A DNA stretch of 64,000 nt from Alphaproteobacteria bacterium (GTDB lineage Bacteria; Pseudomonadota; Alphaproteobacteria; UBA6615), in the NCBI GenBank assembly GCA_965261975.1, contig CBDHEC010000056.1:1-64000 (forward strand). The letters are read 5' to 3'. The stretch's first letter is position 1, and every line of letters starts with the position of its first letter. The position numbers and the translations under genes are program-made. Shown here piece after piece: positions 1 to 11,000 of this stretch. The notes beneath the pieces were generated by a model. It did not search any database. It was not told where the DNA came from and was given only the letters and a program-made list of their open reading frames with translations.

Positions 1-1127
1 AGATGGGAAGCGGCGGCGACGGCGCTGTCGGTGACGGGAATCCGGTGGTCGGCGTCTCCCGGTCCGGTTCCGATGATGGCAAGGCTGCCCCGGGCCCTGC
101 CGCAATTCTCAAGGTCGATCGTGGTGCCACGCGCAATCGCGCATGTCGCGCGGGCAGATTTGTGCTTGGCGACCACCAACGCGCCTTCGCTGCCGGTTGC
201 CGCCAGCGCGGCGGCTTCGGCCACCCCATGGGTGTCAACTTCGCGAAAGACGATCTCGGACGGATTCTCCAGGCGCGGGGTTTCGGCCTCGAGGCGCGGC
301 GCATCGAAAAACCGTGTCGGTGCGCCCAGATGGTCGGCGAGCATATGTACGGCGGCCTCGTCCATCTTGACGTCGATACTGGTGACCACGGCGATCGACG
401 CGGGGGATAGCCCGGCCGCGGCGATTGTTTCATCGACCAGCGTGATGAGCTCGTCGGGCTCGCAATCACGTTCGCAGCCGACGCCCAGCGCGAGGGTCGG
501 CGGGTGAAACAGAAGTTCATCTGCCGCCGGCGTGATGGCGCGATCGCTGATTCGGATCATCCACGTGCCGTCACGGTCGATCGGCAGCTTCGCCAGCCAA
601 GCCGGGTGCCCGGCCTCGGTGACCATGGTCGGCTGATCCCCGGCCAGCAGGGCCGCCATCACCGGTTTCGCGGATCGGGGGTTGGCCAGGTGCCAGCCGG
701 GCGGCGGGTCGTCCAGTGCGATACCGTGCACGGTCTCTCCCGCGGTGGTGATTGCGGCGGTACCCCCCGAGATGGCGGCAACCTGCGCGGCCAGGCTATT
801 CGCGCCGTGATGGCCGCCCAGCAGCGGCACCACGTGAAGACCGTCGGGAGATACGGCGATGACCGGCGGTTCATTCTGTTTGTCGTCGAGCCCGCGTGCC
901 AGCGCGCGGATCAGGATGCCTGAAGCACAGATGCCGATGATCGCCTGGCCGGACGCGAACAGGCCGTTGAGATGGCCCGACACATCCTCGAAACCGATGT
1001 CGTAATCCGCGACCCGGCCGGTGAGGCCATGGATCCGGGAATTTGGCAGTGCGCCCTGGATCTTTCGTGCGAGCGCCGCACCGTCCCGGGTCAGTGCCAC
1101 GAGCGCGATATCGCGATCGATGCTCAT
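1..1127 (-). CDS. cobJ: CbiG-CobJ fusion (cobalt-precorrin-5A hydrolase-like domain + precorrin-3B C17-methyltransferase), runs off window start
   Basis: Manual translation from ATG at 1127 (overlaps cobI stop): MSIDRDIALVALTRDG...IIGICASGILIRALA...DKQNEPPVIAVSPDG...VVPLLGGHHGAN (CbiG N-terminus). Same frame near the window start gives GRARGSLAIIGTGPGD (CobJ methyltransferase start). Absent from the ORF track because no stop lies in the window. Confidence 0.85.
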   Translation of the reverse strand, partial: MSIDRDIALVALTRDGAALARKIQGALPNSRIHGLTGRVADYDIGFEDVSGHLNGLFASGQAIIGICASGILIRALARGLDDKQNEPPVIAVSPDGLHVVPLLGGHHGANSLAAQVAAISGGTAAITTAGETVHGIALDDPPPGWHLANPRSAKPVMAALLAGDQPTMVTEAGHPAWLAKLPIDRDGTWMIRISDRAITPAADELLFHPPTLALGVGCERDCEPDELITLVDETIAAAGLSPASIAVVTSIDVKMDEAAVHMLADHLGAPTRFFDAPRLEAETPRLENPSEIVFREVDTHGVAEAAALAATGSEGALVVAKHKSARATCAIARGTTIDLENCGRARGSLAIIGTGPGDADHRIPVTDSAVAAASH

Positions 1128-1831
1128 GACCACGCGGCGCCGCGTTTGTGGATCAGGATCATCGAGAAATAGGGCGCGGCGGCCTCCGAGACGGCATCGA
1201 GCGGGCTGATCACCTGGCGGTCCATGGTGGCGTGCTCCACATATTGTGCCCGGTCCGCGAGACCCAGATCGTCGAGGAGGGCTCGAATTCGTGGCAGATG
1301 GCGGCCGACCTTGATGATCGCCGCCGCGTCCGTTTCCGCCAGCCTTGCGCGCAATACGTCGTCGGGCAGCGGTCCGGGCAGGATGGTCAGCACATCGCTG
1401 AGGGCGGCGAGCGCGGTGCCGGTGACGGCCGCGCAGGCCGTCAGCGACGAAACGCCGGGCACGACCTCGACCGGCCAGTCCTCGGCCAGCCGTGCGAACA
1501 CATACATGAACGAGCCATAGAAGAAGGGATCGCCTTCACACAGAACCGCAACATTCTGCCCGGCGGCCAGGTGCGAGCCGATTTCCGCCGCCGCGCGGTC
1601 ATAGACCGCCTCGACGGGAAAGCGGTTGCTCGACAGCGGCATGCGGATCGCGATTTCCGTTGCGTCCGCGCGCAGATGGGGTGCGGCGATGGCGCGGGCC
1701 AGGCTGTCGCCGGTTTCGGGCGCAGGATAGGCGACCACGGCGGCGTCGGACAGGATACGTGCGCCCTTCAAGGTGATCAGCTCGGGGTCCCCCGGGCCAA
1801 CGCCGATTCCGATCACGGTCCCTGTCGTCAT
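1124..1831 (-). CDS. cobI: precorrin-2 C20-methyltransferase
   Basis: GIGVGPGDPELITLK, LCEGDPFFYGSF, VPGVSS and APYFSMIL motifs; ATG at 1831 overlaps the cobL stop. Confidence 0.92.
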   Translation of the reverse strand: MTTGTVIGIGVGPGDPELITLKGARILSDAAVVAYPAPETGDSLARAIAAPHLRADATEIAIRMPLSSNRFPVEAVYDRAAAEIGSHLAAGQNVAVLCEGDPFFYGSFMYVFARLAEDWPVEVVPGVSSLTACAAVTGTALAALSDVLTILPGPLPDDVLRARLAETDAAAIIKVGRHLPRIRALLDDLGLADRAQYVEHATMDRQVISPLDAVSEAAAPYFSMILIHKRGAAWS

Positions 1832-3048
1832 TTCACGACGCTCCACTGGGTTACCGGCATCGCCGGGCGCCAGCCGGTCAGGCCGCCGACGGGATCGGCG
1901 TGGCTGACCGCGATGCGGGTCAGTTCACCGCCGTGCTTTGCGTGCGCGTCGAGCAGGGCCGTTTCACCTTCCAGGGTGACTACATTGGCGACCAGCCGTC
2001 CGCCCGGCCGCAGGCGCGCCCAAACGCTGGCGATGAGGTTCCTGTCACCCGAGAGGCCGCCGCCGATGAACACCGCGTCCGGGTCGGCGAGCGCGGGCAT
2101 CGCCTGGGCCGTTTCGTCATGGACGATATCGAGAAACGGTGTGCCCAGGCGTGCGGCGTTCTGTGCCGCCATGGTGCAGCGATCCGCATCGCGCTCCACG
2201 GCGATGGCCGTGGCACCCTGGCCCTGAATATCCTGTGCGGCGCGCAACCATTCGATGGCGACCGAGCCGCACCCCGCCCCCAGGTCCCAGAGGGTTTGGC
2301 TCGGCAGGGGCGCGAGCGCTGCGACCGTCGCGGCGCGGACAATTCGCTTGGTCATCTGGCCGTCATGGACGAAGGCGTCGTCGGGCAGGCCCGGGACCTG
2401 CGGGATGATGCGCGCATTCGGCCCGGCGATGCATTCGATGGCCACGGTGTTGAGATCCTCGACGTTCGACAGTGACCATGCGTCGGCCGTCGAGTCATGT
2501 CGGGCTTCGTCACCGCCGCCCATGGATTCCAGCACGGTGATTTGGCTCGGCCCGAATCCGGCTTCACGCAGCAGTTCGGCAATGTTTCCCGGCGTGGTGC
2601 CGTCATGGCTGAGAATCAGGAGCCGGCGGCCGGGTTGCAGGTGATGGTTCAGAAGTTCCAGCGGCCGGCCGTGCGCGGTCAGGCAGGTGCAGCCGTGAAG
2701 CGGCCAGGCCATTCGCGCCGCGGCGAGGCTGAACGCGCCGGGTGCGGGCAGGATGGTCATGTCGGCGGGGTCGAAGTGGCGCGCCAGTGTCGAGCCGATC
2801 CCGAACGCCATGGGATCGCCCGTGGCGAGCACGACGACGCGGCGTTTGTTGGCCGCGGTTATCTCCTGCACCAGCCCGTCGAGTGGAAACTCCCAGGTGA
2901 GTTTGCGGGCTGCGTCGTTCGCCACCATGGCGAGGTGGCGTTCCCCGCCGACGATCAGCTCGGCCGTCTCGATCAATGTGCGGGAGGTCGCGGGCAGGCC
3001 CGACAGGCCGTCCGCGCCGATCCCCACCACGTTAAGCCAGGCACTCAT
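1828..3048 (-). CDS. cobL: precorrin-6Y C5,15-methyltransferase (CbiE/CbiT bifunctional)
   Basis: VVGIGADG, LATGDPMAFGIG, GLPDDAFVHDGQMTKR, WDLGAGCGSVAIEW, GWRPAMPVTQW. Confidence 0.93.
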   Translation of the reverse strand: MSAWLNVVGIGADGLSGLPATSRTLIETAELIVGGERHLAMVANDAARKLTWEFPLDGLVQEITAANKRRVVVLATGDPMAFGIGSTLARHFDPADMTILPAPGAFSLAAARMAWPLHGCTCLTAHGRPLELLNHHLQPGRRLLILSHDGTTPGNIAELLREAGFGPSQITVLESMGGGDEARHDSTADAWSLSNVEDLNTVAIECIAGPNARIIPQVPGLPDDAFVHDGQMTKRIVRAATVAALAPLPSQTLWDLGAGCGSVAIEWLRAAQDIQGQGATAIAVERDADRCTMAAQNAARLGTPFLDIVHDETAQAMPALADPDAVFIGGGLSGDRNLIASVWARLRPGGRLVANVVTLEGETALLDAHAKHGGELTRIAVSHADPVGGLTGWRPAMPVTQWSVVK

Positions 3049-3695
3049 ACGTCCGGACCCTTGGAGGCACCGCGGGCCAGCGCGTTGACCGCGGCCGCCG
3101 CCAACGGGCTGCCGCCACGCTGTCCCCGCAAGGTGATGAAAGGCGTGGGCGCCGTGGCAATAAGCGCGTCCTTGGATTCCGCAGCACCGATATACCCCAC
3201 GGGAAGGCCAATGATCAGCGCCGGTTTGGGCCAGCCGGCGGCGAGTCCCTCCAGCAGCCGGAACAGGGCGGTCGGCGCGTTGCCGATGGCCACGACCGCG
3301 CCCTCGAGGAACGGGGCCCAGAGCTCGACGGCGGCAGCCGAACGGGTCGTGCCGGCGCGTTTGGCGTTGCCGGCGACACTGCCCAGACCCAGGGTGCAGA
3401 TCACCCGGTTACGTGCCGGCAGGGCGGACCGGATGATGCCGTCCGCCAGCATGCGCGAATCCGTCAGCACGGGCGCACCGGCTTTCAGTGCCGTTTGACC
3501 GGCCTGGCCGGCCTGCGTCGAGGCGGCGAATTCCTTAATCACGTCCGGGTCGCCGACAGCGTGGACAAGTCGCAGTGCCACGTCGCGCAGATCCGGCGCG
3601 ACGCCGGTCATGTCAGCCGCTTTCTCGATGGCTGCGAACGATGCGGCGTAGATCGCGTCGGGATCGCGCAGATAGTCGAAGTCGGATTTGTTCAT
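3045..3695 (-). CDS. cobH: precorrin-8X methylmutase
   Basis: YLRDPDAIYAASFAAI, TTRSAAAVELW, AIGNAPTALF, GLPVGYIGAAESK, GGSPLAAAAVNAL. Confidence 0.93.
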   Translation of the reverse strand: MNKSDFDYLRDPDAIYAASFAAIEKAADMTGVAPDLRDVALRLVHAVGDPDVIKEFAASTQAGQAGQTALKAGAPVLTDSRMLADGIIRSALPARNRVICTLGLGSVAGNAKRAGTTRSAAAVELWAPFLEGAVVAIGNAPTALFRLLEGLAAGWPKPALIIGLPVGYIGAAESKDALIATAPTPFITLRGQRGGSPLAAAAVNALARGASKGPDV

Positions 3696-3716
3696 CGGCA
3701 CATGACGGCGCGGCGG

Positions 3717-4748
3717 TTAGTCGCCTTCCGCCGGCAACGTGCGCGGGCCGTGCGGATGGTCGGCATGGGGGTAGGGGTGGTGTCCATGGTCGTGATCATG
3801 TTCATGGCTGTGGTCATGACCGTGTTCATGGCTGTGTTCATGGCTGTGCGCCTTGCCAGATCCCGTGCCGATCCCCTCGACATGATGGTGATGGCTCTCC
3901 TGGGGCAGGCCGACCTCGGTCTCGAAACCCAGCACCTGTTCACGGTACTTGCACATCTGACAGTTCATCAGGTTCGTGCCGTTGAGAATCTCGTCGACCC
4001 GGTCGGCGAAGGTCTCGAGCACCTGGGGGTGATCGTTCAGATAGGGCGCCTTCACGAACTGAATGTCGGGGTAATTGGCCGCAACCATGTCGGTGTGGTC
4101 GTAGATGCGGTTCACGAGGATGCCGGTGAACAGGAAATAGGGGAAGATCACGATCCGTCGGTAGCCCAGCTTCACCGCATGTTCCAGGCCCGGTTGGACG
4201 AGCGGGAAGGTCACCCCGGAATAGGCCGTCTCGCCCCAGCCGAAGCCCAGCCCCTCCCACAGCATGCGAGAGACCTTTGCCACGTTGGAGTTTGCATCGG
4301 GGTCGGACGCACCGCGCCCGACGGTGAGCAGCATCGTCTCGTGCATGGGGACCTCGCCATGCTCGGCATTCGCCTTCGCGATGGCTTCCTGCACGCGCTC
4401 GCCGGCCGCACGGATCATCTTCAGATCGATGCCCAGCTCACGGCCGTAGATGATCTCGACACCCGGGTTCTGTGCCGCATAGGTGTTCAGCACGGAGGGG
4501 ATGTCGTTCTTGGCGTGCCCGGCGGCGAACAGCATCCCCGGCAGCGCAAAGATGCGGGTGATCCCGCGCGCGACCAGCTTGTCGAGCCCGTCGCGGATGA
4601 TCGGCGTTGCGAATTCGAGGAACCCGTGCTCCACCTCGCGATCGGCGAAACGTTCGCGCAACGCCTCGGCGACGACGGCAAATTCCCGCACGGCACCCTC
4701 ATCGCGGCTGCCATGGCCGCACACCATGATTCCAAATTCTTCAGACAT
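3717..4748 (-). CDS. cbiX: long-form CbiX sirohydrochlorin chelatase with MxCxxC motif and His-rich tail
   Basis: CGHGSRD, GFLEFA, LFAAGHAKNDIP, GRGASDPDAN, PYFLFTG, MNCQMCKYR, C-terminal His repeats; start MSEEFG at 4748. Confidence 0.9.
   Translation of the reverse strand: MSEEFGIMVCGHGSRDEGAVREFAVVAEALRERFADREVEHGFLEFATPIIRDGLDKLVARGITRIFALPGMLFAAGHAKNDIPSVLNTYAAQNPGVEIIYGRELGIDLKMIRAAGERVQEAIAKANAEHGEVPMHETMLLTVGRGASDPDANSNVAKVSRMLWEGLGFGWGETAYSGVTFPLVQPGLEHAVKLGYRRIVIFPYFLFTGILVNRIYDHTDMVAANYPDIQFVKAPYLNDHPQVLETFADRVDEILNGTNLMNCQMCKYREQVLGFETEVGLPQESHHHHVEGIGTGSGKAHSHEHSHEHGHDHSHEHDHDHGHHPYPHADHPHGPRTLPAEGD
3765..3850 (-). repeat. His-rich coding tandem repeat (HSHE/HGHD units) in the cbiX tail
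   Basis: Repeated tgttcatggctg units on the + strand; protein HSHEHSHEHGHDHSHEHDHDHGHHPYPH. Confidence 0.8.
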
Positions 4749-4877
4749 GTATCGCTCCTGAACGCGCAATAGACCATGCCGGTCCCGCCCGGCCAAGTGG
4801 ACAAGCACAATTGGTGTCCGGGTGCGTTGACGGACCCATGATTGACCCGGCGCGGCTGGCCCTCGCAGGATGCCGCG

Positions 4878-5873
4878 ATGTTCCTGAACCCTGAAATTGC
4901 GGGCCTTTCGATTGCCGCGATCCTGTTTGCGGCACTCGTCATCGACGCTGTTTTCGGGGAGTTTGGCCCGATATTTCGCGTGATTCCGCACCCGGTGGCA
5001 CTGGTTGGAGGGCTGGTCGGGTGGTTCGACCGTCGCCTCAACCGCGAACAGCGAAGCGAAACCGCGCGGCGTGCGCGCGGCGCGGTGGTCGTGGTGCTGA
5101 TGGTTGCAACGGCGGCGGCGGTCGGTTGGGGGCTGACCGAACTTGCGCGCATGTTTCCCTTTGGCTGGGCGATCGAGCTGGTTGCGATCACGCTGTTGAT
5201 CGCCCAGCGGAGCCTGTTCGACCATGTGCGCGCCGTCGCCCATTCGCTCGACCGCGACGGGCTTGAAGGCGCCCGTTTGGCCGTCGCGCGCATTGTCGGG
5301 CGTGACCCGAAAACCCTCGACGCACATGGCGTGGCGCGCGCGGCGATCGAAAGCCTGGCCGAGAATTTCGCCGACGGTGTGGTGGCGCCGGTGTTCTGGT
5401 ACCTGCTGCTCGGGCTGCCGGGGTTGCTGGTCTACAAGACCGTCAACACGATGGATTCGATGATCGGATACCGAACGCCCCGCCACGAGGCGTTCGGCAT
5501 GGTCGCCGCGCGTCTCGACGATGTCTTGAATTACGTGCCTGCGCGTATCGCGGCGGTAATGATCGTGGTCGCCAGCCTGTTTGTGCCGCGCGGCCAACCG
5601 GTCTCGGCGTTGCGGGTGATGGCGCGCGACGGCGGCAAACACAGGTCGCCCAATGCGGGCTGGCCCGAGGCGGCGATGGCCGGGGCTATCGGGGTCGCAC
5701 TGGCGGGGCCGCGCAGCTACGACGGCAGGGTCGAGGATGAACCCTGGGTCGGCGGGGAATTCAGTGCGCAGATTGGGGGCACGGATATTCGGCGCGCGCT
5801 TTATCTGTTTGTCGTGGCGTGTTTGTTCGAGGCGGTGATCGTCGCGCTGCTTGCCAGCCTGTTGCTACGCTGA
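4878..5873 (+). CDS. cobD: adenosylcobinamide-phosphate synthase CobD/CbiB
   Basis: HPVALVG, IVGRDPKTLD, AAIESLAENFADGVVAP, YKTVNTMDSMIGY, HRSPNAGWPEAAMAGA. Confidence 0.93.
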   Translation: MFLNPEIAGLSIAAILFAALVIDAVFGEFGPIFRVIPHPVALVGGLVGWFDRRLNREQRSETARRARGAVVVVLMVATAAAVGWGLTELARMFPFGWAIELVAITLLIAQRSLFDHVRAVAHSLDRDGLEGARLAVARIVGRDPKTLDAHGVARAAIESLAENFADGVVAPVFWYLLLGLPGLLVYKTVNTMDSMIGYRTPRHEAFGMVAARLDDVLNYVPARIAAVMIVVASLFVPRGQPVSALRVMARDGGKHRSPNAGWPEAAMAGAIGVALAGPRSYDGRVEDEPWVGGEFSAQIGGTDIRRALYLFVVACLFEAVIVALLASLLLR

Positions 5874-5885
5874 CGCGCCGGGTTG

Positions 5886-7398
5886 CTATCTGCGGCGCGC
5901 GATCTCAAGAATCTGCGCGGTGTCGATATGCTTTTCTATGTGGTCGGCAATCTGGTCGAGCGCAACATCCACCTGCTGGCTCCACGCGAGACCGCCACGG
6001 CGCAAGGGATTCAGGCGCTTGAGAAAGCTCGAGCGGAAATCGTCGGCGGCGTAAATGCCATGCACATAAGTCCCGCTGATACGTCCATCCGCCGACTGTG
6101 CCCCGTCGGGACGCGGCGTGTCCGCATCGTCGATCGTCAGCATCGGCCGCGCCGTGTCCGGTCCCGTCGTCTCGCCCATATGCATCTCGAATCCGGAGAT
6201 GGTATCGCCCGTCGTTGATGACATGCCGGTCACCGGTGTGAGCGCTTTCTCGTTGGACATGATTGTCGCGATGTCCAGCAGACCGAGGCCCGCCGTTTCG
6301 CCGGGCGCGCCCTCGATACCCGCCGGGTCCGCGATTTTGCGGCCGAGCATCTGGTAGCCACCGCAGATGCCGACCACTTGCGCGCCGCGCTGTGCCGCCT
6401 CGCCAATCTGTTCGGCCCAGCCGTTCTCCCGCAGCGCCGCCATATCGGCGCGGGTGGATTTCGAGCCGCAGAGCAAAACCAAGTTCGCGTCGGTCGGCAG
6501 CGGATCACCCGGTTCCACGAGACGTAATGCCACGTCCGGCTCGGCCGCCAGGGGGTCGAGGTCGTCGAAGTTTGATATTCGCGGCAGACGCGGCACCGCG
6601 ATACGGATGTTGGCGGCGGACCAACCCGCCCCGACATAGCGACCCGCCAGGGATGCCGTGTCTTCGGCCGGCAGGTCTCGCGCGGTCTCGAGCCAAGGCA
6701 GAATGCCGAGCGGGTGCATGTCGGTGTGCTTCTTGATGACCGGCAGCGCGTCGTCGAACAGGCCTGACATCGCCGCGAAACCGGTTGACGATAAAGCCTG
6801 CGAGCCGCTGGCGTTCGCCAGGCGGCAGCAATGTCCAGGTGCCGACGAGCGCGGCGATCACCCCGCCGCGCTCGATGTCGCCGACCAGGACCACCGGCAC
6901 GTCGGCGGCCTCGGCGAAACCCATGTTGGCGATGTCGCCGGCGCGCAGGTTCACCTCGGCCGGGCTGCCTGCACCCTCGATCAGCATCACATCCGCCCTA
7001 TCGGCGAGGCGGTTATAGGCGTCGAGGACGCCGGGCAGCAGTGACGGCTTGAGGTCATGATAGGCCCGCGCGTCGGCATTGCCCGAGACCCGGCCATTCA
7101 CCACGACCTGCGCGCCGATATCGGATTGCGGCTTGAGCAGCACCGGGTTCATGTCGGTGTGGGGGGTCAGTCCGGCGGCGCGCGCCTGGAGCGCCTGGGC
7201 CCGGCCAATCTCGCCCCAGCCGGTCTCATGGGACACGGCGGGTGCGGCATTGTTGGACATATTCTGGGGTTTGAAGGGGCGCACCGCGAGGCCTTGCCGG
7301 GCGAACAATCGTGCCATCCCGGCGACGATCAGTGACTTGCCGACGTCCGAGCCGGTGCCCTGGAACATGACGGCCGGGGCTCTGGAGGAAGATGTCAT
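5886..7398 (-). pseudogene. cobQ: cobyric acid synthase split by a 1-bp insertion near 6764 (real frameshift or sequencing error)
   Basis: N-half [31 protein letters not shown]...NRFRGDV; C-half in another frame LFDDALPVI...[34 protein letters not shown]. Minus strand reads gat gtc aggc ctg ttc (one extra base). Confidence 0.85.
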
Positions 7399-7411
7399 GG
7401 GCGCATCCTGC

Positions 7412-8029
7412 TCAGAACTCGATGCCCTTCTGCGCCTTCACGTCATCGCGGAAATGATGTTTCACCATGGTCATGTCGGTGACCATATCGGCGGCCTCGA
7501 TCAGCTCAGGCTTGGCGTTGCGTCCGGTCACGACGACATGCATGTCGGGGAGCTTGTCCCGAAGCCCGGCGACGACGTCGTTGATGTCCAGATGGTCGTA
7601 GCGCAGCGGAATGTTGAGTTCGTCGAGCACCACCAACCCGTATTCCGGGTCGCTGATCATCTCTTTCGCCATGTCCCAGGCGGCCTCGGCGGCGGCGATG
7701 TCGCGTTGGCGGTCTTGCGAATCCCAGGAGAAGCCTTCGCCCATGACCCTGATCGTGACCCGGTCGGGGAAATGCTCGAAGATCTCCCGCTCGCCGGTCT
7801 CCCACTTGCCCTTCACGAACTGGATGATGCCGACCTTCATGCCGTTGCCCAGCGCGCGCATGGCCAGCCCCATGGCGGCGGTGGTCTTGCCCTTGCCCTT
7901 GCCGGTGTGGACCATCAGCAGCCCTTTCTCGCGGGTCTTGGTCGCGAGCATGCGGTCGCGCGCGGCCTTCTGCTTGCGTTTCCTGTCCGCCCATCGGGCG
8001 TCGTCGTCGGTTTTCTCTGTATCGCTCAT
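7412..8029 (-). CDS. cobO: cob(I)yrinic acid a,c-diamide adenosyltransferase
   Basis: [44 protein letters not shown]; ATGA overlap with the cobN stop. Confidence 0.93.
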   Translation of the reverse strand: MSDTEKTDDDARWADRKRKQKAARDRMLATKTREKGLLMVHTGKGKGKTTAAMGLAMRALGNGMKVGIIQFVKGKWETGEREIFEHFPDRVTIRVMGEGFSWDSQDRQRDIAAAEAAWDMAKEMISDPEYGLVVLDELNIPLRYDHLDINDVVAGLRDKLPDMHVVVTGRNAKPELIEAADMVTDMTMVKHHFRDDVKAQKGIEF

Positions 8030-11000
8030 GCGGTGTTCTCCAGTCGCCGACCGGCGAGTTCGCTCAGCCGAGCATAGGCCGAGTTGGACCGTGCCTGCCA
8101 CAGGCCGCGTTCGGCGGCCTCGAGGAAGCGCCCGGCCATTTCGGCGAGTGCGGCCGGGTTGTGCTTGGCGAGGAAGGCGCGAACCTTGTCGTCGTCGAGG
8201 AAGGCCTTGTAGACCGCGTCGAACTGGTCGTCGCGCACGGCGCTGGTCGTCGCGGCGAAGGCGAAAAGGTAGTCGACCGTCGCGGCCATCTCGAACGCGC
8301 CCTTGTAGCCGTGGCGCATCACGCCTTCGATCCATTTCGGGTTGGTCACGCGGCCGCGCACGACCCGGGATATTTCGTCCTCCAGGGTCCGGATTGCCGG
8401 TGCGAAGGGGCGGGAGTGATCATTGTGATAGACGGTCGGTTCGTTGCCGGATGCCATCGACACGGCCGCTGCCAGCCCGCCTTCGAACTGGTAGTAGTCA
8501 TCGCTGTCGAGCAGGTCATGTTCACGGTTGTCCTGGTTGTGGATCACGGCCTCGACCCGCCCGAGGCGCCGCGCGAAGATATCGTGCGCGGCAACCCCGT
8601 AGGATTCTTCTCGGCCCGTCCCGGTGCCCGCGCCATAGGCCCAGCCGCCCCAGGCGATGTAGGCGGCGGCGAGATCGTCGGCCGTATCCCAGCCCTGTTC
8701 GTCGATCAGGGCCTGCAGCCCGGCCCCGTAAGCGCCGGGTTTCGATCCGAACACCCGATATCCGGCCTGGCGCTGCGCGTCTGCCGGGGCCATGCCGGCG
8801 GCGGTCAGGCGTGCAACTTCATCCCGGGTCCGCGCGGCCAGGGGATTGTCGCCCTCGCTCTCGTCGGACAGTGCGGCGATGGCGGTCACGGCGCTGTCGA
8901 ACAGATCGATCAGGCCGGGGAACGCGTCGCGGAAAAACCCGGACACACGCAGCGTCACATCCACGCGCGGGCGGTCCAGCACGGAGACCGGCATGATCTC
9001 GAAGCCGGTCACCCGTCGCGACGCGCTGTCCCAGGTCGGCTGGGCGCCGATCAGCGCCATGGCCTGGGCGATGTCGTCGCCACCGGTGCGCATGTTGCTG
9101 GTGCCCCAGGCCGAAAGCGCTATCGCGCGGGGCCAGTCGCCATGCGTCTGGGCGTGGGTCTCGACCAGCAGCTGCGCGGACTTCCAGCCCAGCTCCCATG
9201 CGGCCGGGGTCGGCACCGTACGGGTATCGACGGAGTAGAAATTACGGCCCGTCGGCAACACATCCGGCCGGCCGCGGGTGGGCGCACCCGACGGGCCGGG
9301 GGTGACGAAACGCCCGTCGAGGCCGGTCAGGAGGCCGCCCAGTTCGGCGTCCCCCGAGATATCGATGGCAGGTGCGATCGTGTCGGCGAGCGTCGCCAGC
9401 ACCGCCGTCGTGGCGGCCCAGTGCGTCTCGGGCGTGGCCGTTCCGTCGATCAGGGCTGCGGAGAGGCCTTCCAGCCGTTCGACAGTATCCCCCGCCGTGC
9501 GCCAGGGCTGGTCGCCGGCCAGGACGGGTGGCCTGGGTCCGCCCCAGGGTGCCGCGAAATCGCATTCCAGCGGATCGAAATCGAGCCCCAGGTCCAGCGC
9601 CAGCGCGCGTGACAGGGAGGCGTCGCCGGGCGTGTCCGTTCCGCGCGGCAGCCGGACCAGCGCCGAGAGAAGCCCCGTGCGCAGTTCCCCCGTGGGTGCC
9701 TTGCCGAACACATGCAGTCCGTCGCGAATCTGCAATTCCTTGAGTTCGCACAGATAGCCGTCGAGCCGGTTCAGCGCGTCGGCGTCGGTCAGGTCCGCAT
9801 CGGCGGCGAAGCCGAGATCGCGGTCGAGGCCGGTTTCACGCACCAGTTCGACGATCTGCCGGCCGAGCACGGCGAGGCGGCGCGGGTCGACGTTTGCGGC
9901 CTCGTAATACTCGTCGACCAGCGCTTCCAGATCCTTGAGCGGGCCGTAGGTCTCCGCGCGCGCCAGGGGCGGGGTCAGATGGTCGATGATCACGGCGGCC
10001 GCGCGGCGCTTCGCCTGGGTGCCTTCGCCGGGATCGTTGACGATGAATGGATAGATATGGGGCAGCGGGCCGAGCGCGGCCTCGGGGAAACAATCCTGGG
10101 CCAGGGCGACCGCCTTGCCCGGCAGCCATTCGAGGTTGCCGTGCTTGCCGAAATGGACGGCCGCGTGCGCCGCGAAGCTCTCGCGCATCCAGGCATAGAA
10201 GGCGAAATAACCATGTGGCGGCACGAGATCGGGGTCGTGATAGCTCGCCGCGGGATCGATGTTGTAACCCCGCGCGGGCTGGAGCCCGATCGCAACTTCG
10301 CCGCAGCGAAAGGCGGGCACCGCGAACGCGCCGCAATCCGTTTGGCCGGCCATGAACATCGGGTCGGCCTCGGGCGGCCCCCAGCGCTCGATCACCGCAT
10401 CGCGAACGCGCGCCGGCAGGCTTGCGAAGAACAGTTCGTACTCGGGCAGGGGTAATATCTCTTCGATCACGCGCCCCGCCGTCCCGGCATTGGTCGGGCC
10501 GGCCTGCAGGCGGGCGACGAGCGCATCGCCGTCCGCGGGCGCGCCCTGGATGTCATACCCGGTACCGGCCATCGCCGCGAGCGCACACACCACCCCGGCA
10601 GGCGTGTCGAGCCCCACGCCGTTCCCGATCCGTCCGTCGCGGTTGGGATAGTTGGCGAACACGATGGCGACCCGGCGCCGGTCGACGGGGGTCCGGCGCA
10701 GCTTCGCCCAGCCGGCCGCGAGACGCGCGGTGAAGTCGATCCTGTCCGGGACGGGCAGATGGGCGACGATATCCGTCTGGCTGAGATCGTCATGGACATC
10801 CGAGCCCTTGAACGCGACTGCGCGGGCCAGCAACCTGCCATCGACCTCCGGCAGGGCGACGTTCATGGCGATGTCGCGTGCCGACAACCCGTTGGCCGTG
10901 TCGCGCCAGGAATCCTCGGTGGTCCCGGCGAAGACCGTCTGCAGGATGGGAGCGTCGGTTTGTACGAAGGGGCCGCGCTCCGTGGTCGCGCCGGGCGCGG

